From positions 1-57,211 of the forward strand of contig NZ_JASGES010000039.1 in assembly GCF_047606205.1 (NCBI RefSeq): DNA of 57,211 bases, given 5' to 3'. This DNA comes from Propionicimonas sp. (GTDB lineage Bacteria; Actinomycetota; Actinomycetes; Propionibacteriales; Propionibacteriaceae). Below are positions 54,694-57,211 of this stretch, piece by piece; position 1 is the first letter of the stretch, and every line of letters starts with the position of its first letter. Under the pieces are notes generated by a model, which made no database searches, was not told the DNA's origin, and worked only from the letters and a program-made list of their open reading frames with translations. The position numbers and the translations under genes are program-made.

Positions 54694-55514
54694 CACGCCT
54701 GCACCTCTGCGTGGTGCCGCTCGCCGACGTGGTGGGACTGGTCGGGAGTGCCGGCGACCAGGATCCGCCCGGCGGCGTGGACGACCTCGACCGGCGCCTG
54801 GTAGAGGTCGCTGAGCACCTCGCTGCGCAGCACCTGGTCAGGGGTGCCGATCCGGAACCGCTCGTTGCCGAGGTACAGCACGCGATCGACCACCTCCAGC
54901 ACCGGGTTCACGTCATGGGTGACGAAGAGCACCGCGAAACCATGTCCCCGCCGCTGCTGGTCGATCAGGTCGACCACCTCCGCCTGGCGGCGCAGGTCGA
55001 GCGACGCGAGTGGCTCGTCGCACAGCAGCAGCCGCGGCTCTCCTGCCATCGCCTGGGCGATCCGCAACCGCTGCTGCTCTCCTCCGGACAACTCGCCGAG
55101 CGGGGCGTCGGCATACTCCGACGCCCCCACCTCGGCGATCAGGCGGTCCACGGCGGCCCGGCGCCGCCGGCTGGGCAGGCCCGGGCCCCACTGGTGACCG
55201 GTCAGGCCGAGCGCGACCAGGTCGCGTCCCCGCAGCATCGCCCCCGCCTCGGAGAGCCGCTGCTGCGGCACGTAGCCGATCCGGTGATCGCCGCGGTGCA
55301 GCGGCTCGCCGAGGAAGGTGGCCTCCCCGGCGTCGAGCCGGTACTCCCCCAGGACGGCCCGCAACAGGCTGGTCTTGCCCGAACCGTTCGCACCGAGCAC
55401 GGCCACGAACTCACCCGCCCCGATCGCCAGGTCGAGGTCGCGCCACAGCACCCGGCCGCCCAGGCTGAGCGCTGCACCCGACAGGGCCAGCACCGTTGAG
55501 GTGAGGTCGCTCAC
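54693..55514 (-). CDS. znuC: Zn/Mn ABC transporter ATP-binding protein
   Basis: GANGSGKT, LSGGEQQR, CDEP, VTHD; His-rich tail. Confidence 0.87.
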   Translation of the reverse strand: MSDLTSTVLALSGAALSLGGRVLWRDLDLAIGAGEFVAVLGANGSGKTSLLRAVLGEYRLDAGEATFLGEPLHRGDHRIGYVPQQRLSEAGAMLRGRDLVALGLTGHQWGPGLPSRRRRAAVDRLIAEVGASEYADAPLGELSGGEQQRLRIAQAMAGEPRLLLCDEPLASLDLRRQAEVVDLIDQQRRGHGFAVLFVTHDVNPVLEVVDRVLYLGNERFRIGTPDQVLRSEVLSDLYQAPVEVVHAAGRILVAGTPDQSHHVGERHHAEVQA

Positions 55515-56452
55515 TGAGCCAGCGCCTGCCCCAGTGCGTCGACGATCCCGCCCTGCCACTCCAGGTAGCTCGTGCCGGCCGGCAGGGTCTCCTGAACCGG
55601 AACCACCGGGACGTTGGCCGCCTTCGCGGCGGCCAGCACCTTTTCGGTCTGCGGGCCGGTGGTCTGCGAGTTGTAGGCCAGCACCGCGACGTCATGGTCG
55701 CTGAACAGCGCCAGGGTCTCGGCCAACACCTTCGCCGGCACGTCGGTGTCGTTCTCGATCGCCTCGCTGAACTCGTCGGGGGTCTTGTTGACCAGTCCCA
55801 TCGCCTCCAGCAGGTACACCGGCATCGGCTCGGTGATCGCCGCGCCCTTGCCCGCGTCCTTCTTCTTCAGGTCGGCCACCGTGCCGTTCAGGGCGTCCAG
55901 GCCGGAGAGGAAGGTGCTGGTGTTGGCCTCGAAGGTGCTCGCTTCGGAGGGACTGGCCGCCGAGAACGCGTCCTTCAGCTCGCCGGCCACTTTCGCGACG
56001 GTGGCGTAGTCGTACCAGACATGCTCGTTCAGCTCCTCGCCGGCCGCGGCCTTGTGGCCGGAGATGTCCACCGCGTTCAGCACCGTCGCCGACGTGTTGC
56101 CGGAGGCCTGCAGCATGGTGTCGACGAAGTCGTCGTAGCCGCCGCCGTTCTCGATCACGACCTGCGCCTGGGACAGCGCCAGCTGGTTGCGGCTGCTGGC
56201 CTGGTACTCGTGCGGGTCGGCGTCCGGGTTGTCGATGATGCTGGTCACCGCGACCTGGCTGCCGCCGATCTGGCCGGCGATGTCGCCCCACACATTGGTC
56301 GAAGCCACCACATTGATGGTCGCCGCGGCGGCGGACGCCGATCCCGCCGCGCTCGTCGCGGGCGTCGCTGCCGGCGTCGTTCCTGCACATCCGGCCAGTG
56401 CCGTCACCGCCAGCGCGGCCAGTGCGGCCAGGCTGCGTCTCCTCGTCTCCAT
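55511..56452 (-). CDS. znuA: Zn/Mn ABC transporter substrate-binding lipoprotein
   Basis: Lipobox LAGC; DPHEY, NEHVWYD metal-binding motifs. Confidence 0.87.
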   Translation of the reverse strand: METRRRSLAALAALAVTALAGCAGTTPAATPATSAAGSASAAAATINVVASTNVWGDIAGQIGGSQVAVTSIIDNPDADPHEYQASSRNQLALSQAQVVIENGGGYDDFVDTMLQASGNTSATVLNAVDISGHKAAAGEELNEHVWYDYATVAKVAGELKDAFSAASPSEASTFEANTSTFLSGLDALNGTVADLKKKDAGKGAAITEPMPVYLLEAMGLVNKTPDEFSEAIENDTDVPAKVLAETLALFSDHDVAVLAYNSQTTGPQTEKVLAAAKAANVPVVPVQETLPAGTSYLEWQGGIVDALGQALAQ

Positions 56453-56508
56453 CAGTGGTTCCCGTCTGCTCGTCGTGTGGCCCGTCCGGGCCTTCAACCA
56501 CCGTACTC

Positions 56509-56529
56509 TATTGCGAACGACTCTCAGAA
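56509..56529. promoter_or_regulatory. Zur box between znuA and zur
   Basis: TATTGCGAACGACTCTCAGAA, similar to the 50258 site. Confidence 0.7.
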
Positions 56530-56622
56530 TCATGCTTATTAGTGGACCTGCTCGCCCCCAGCGGGCGCCACTCGCCGGCGACTATGCTGGTGAACCCGGA
56601 GCCGCCCAGAGGGAGGTGACCC

Positions 56623-57024
56623 ATGCCCGGCAGCCACGCCCCCGCCACTCGACGCACGGCGCAGAAGGACGCGATCCGCAGCGCACTGGATGCTTCGACC
56701 GGGTTCCTTTCCGCGCCGCAGGTGCACCGCCTGCTCCAGGAGGCGGGCACTCCGGTGGGGCTGGCGACGGTGTACCGCCAGCTCAACACCCTGGCCCAGG
56801 TCGGCGCCGTGGACACCGTGAACGGCCCCGACGGTCAGCTGTTCAGGACCTGCAGGACCACCGCCCACCACCATCACCTGATCTGCGAGTCCTGCGGCAA
56901 GGCGGAGGACCTCGAGGTCCGCGAAGACTGGATCCGGGCCGCAGCCGCCAGCCACGGGTTCACCGTCACCCGCCATGTGGTGGAGGTCTTCGGCCTGTGC
57001 GCCGACTGCGCGTCCCGACAGTGA
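56623..57024 (+). CDS. zur: Fur-family regulator, Zur
   Basis: VGLATVYR, HHHHLICESCG, GLCADC; divergent from znuABC. Confidence 0.88.
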   Translation: MPGSHAPATRRTAQKDAIRSALDASTGFLSAPQVHRLLQEAGTPVGLATVYRQLNTLAQVGAVDTVNGPDGQLFRTCRTTAHHHHLICESCGKAEDLEVREDWIRAAAASHGFTVTRHVVEVFGLCADCASRQ

Positions 57025-57120
57025 CCGAAACGCCTGCGGATGGGGCATGGATCGCCCCGTGTGAGGCTCCCGATGGACGAGAAACGACCTTCGCACGCCG
57101 TCGTCAGAGCGACTCATGGG

Positions 57121-57211
57121 GACGAGCCGGCCTGTAAGCCGGATTCTGTGCCCCGAAGGGCGGTGATCATCCATCTGCGAAGGCTGTTGCCAGCCCCCTT
57201 CGCCGTTGCCG
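57121..57211 (-). ncRNA. rnpB: RNase P RNA, 3' portion (truncated by the window end)
   Basis: Minus strand ...AGATGGATGATCACC...ACAGAATCCGGCTTACAGGCCGGCTCGTC, the conserved 3' end of type A RNase P RNA. Confidence 0.93.

Overview
High-GC actinobacterial chromosome segment; protein style and gene order suggest Propionibacteriaceae or a relative (inference). The backbone is the conserved actinobacterial nitrogen region (RDD-glnA1 ... glnE ... glnA2 ... map ... rnpB, with clear GlnR boxes). It also holds tRNA-Glu/Asp/Phe, an oligopeptide ABC transporter, dprE1/dprE2, a MacAB-like exporter and a 6C-like sRNA. A large Zur-type zinc-starvation cluster carries six Zn-independent ribosomal protein paralogs, two COG0523 proteins, HU, YcgRQ-like permeases, ZnuABC and zur. 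The most striking element is a ~6.5 kb block (36848-43330) in which three separate fluoride (crcB-class) riboswitch motifs each head a transcription unit: a dynamin-like GTPase, a divergent enolase and a coupled pair of ATPase-only MutS4-like proteins. No fluoride exporter gene is visible in the window. Other oddities: an APH-like kinase gene between related REP-like repeat arrays, a lipoprotein hidden in a shadow ORF with a duplicated Cys-paired domain, a zincin-like motif in DUF6421, and a homopolymer frameshift in a COG0523 gene. All calls are by eye; no database searches were run.
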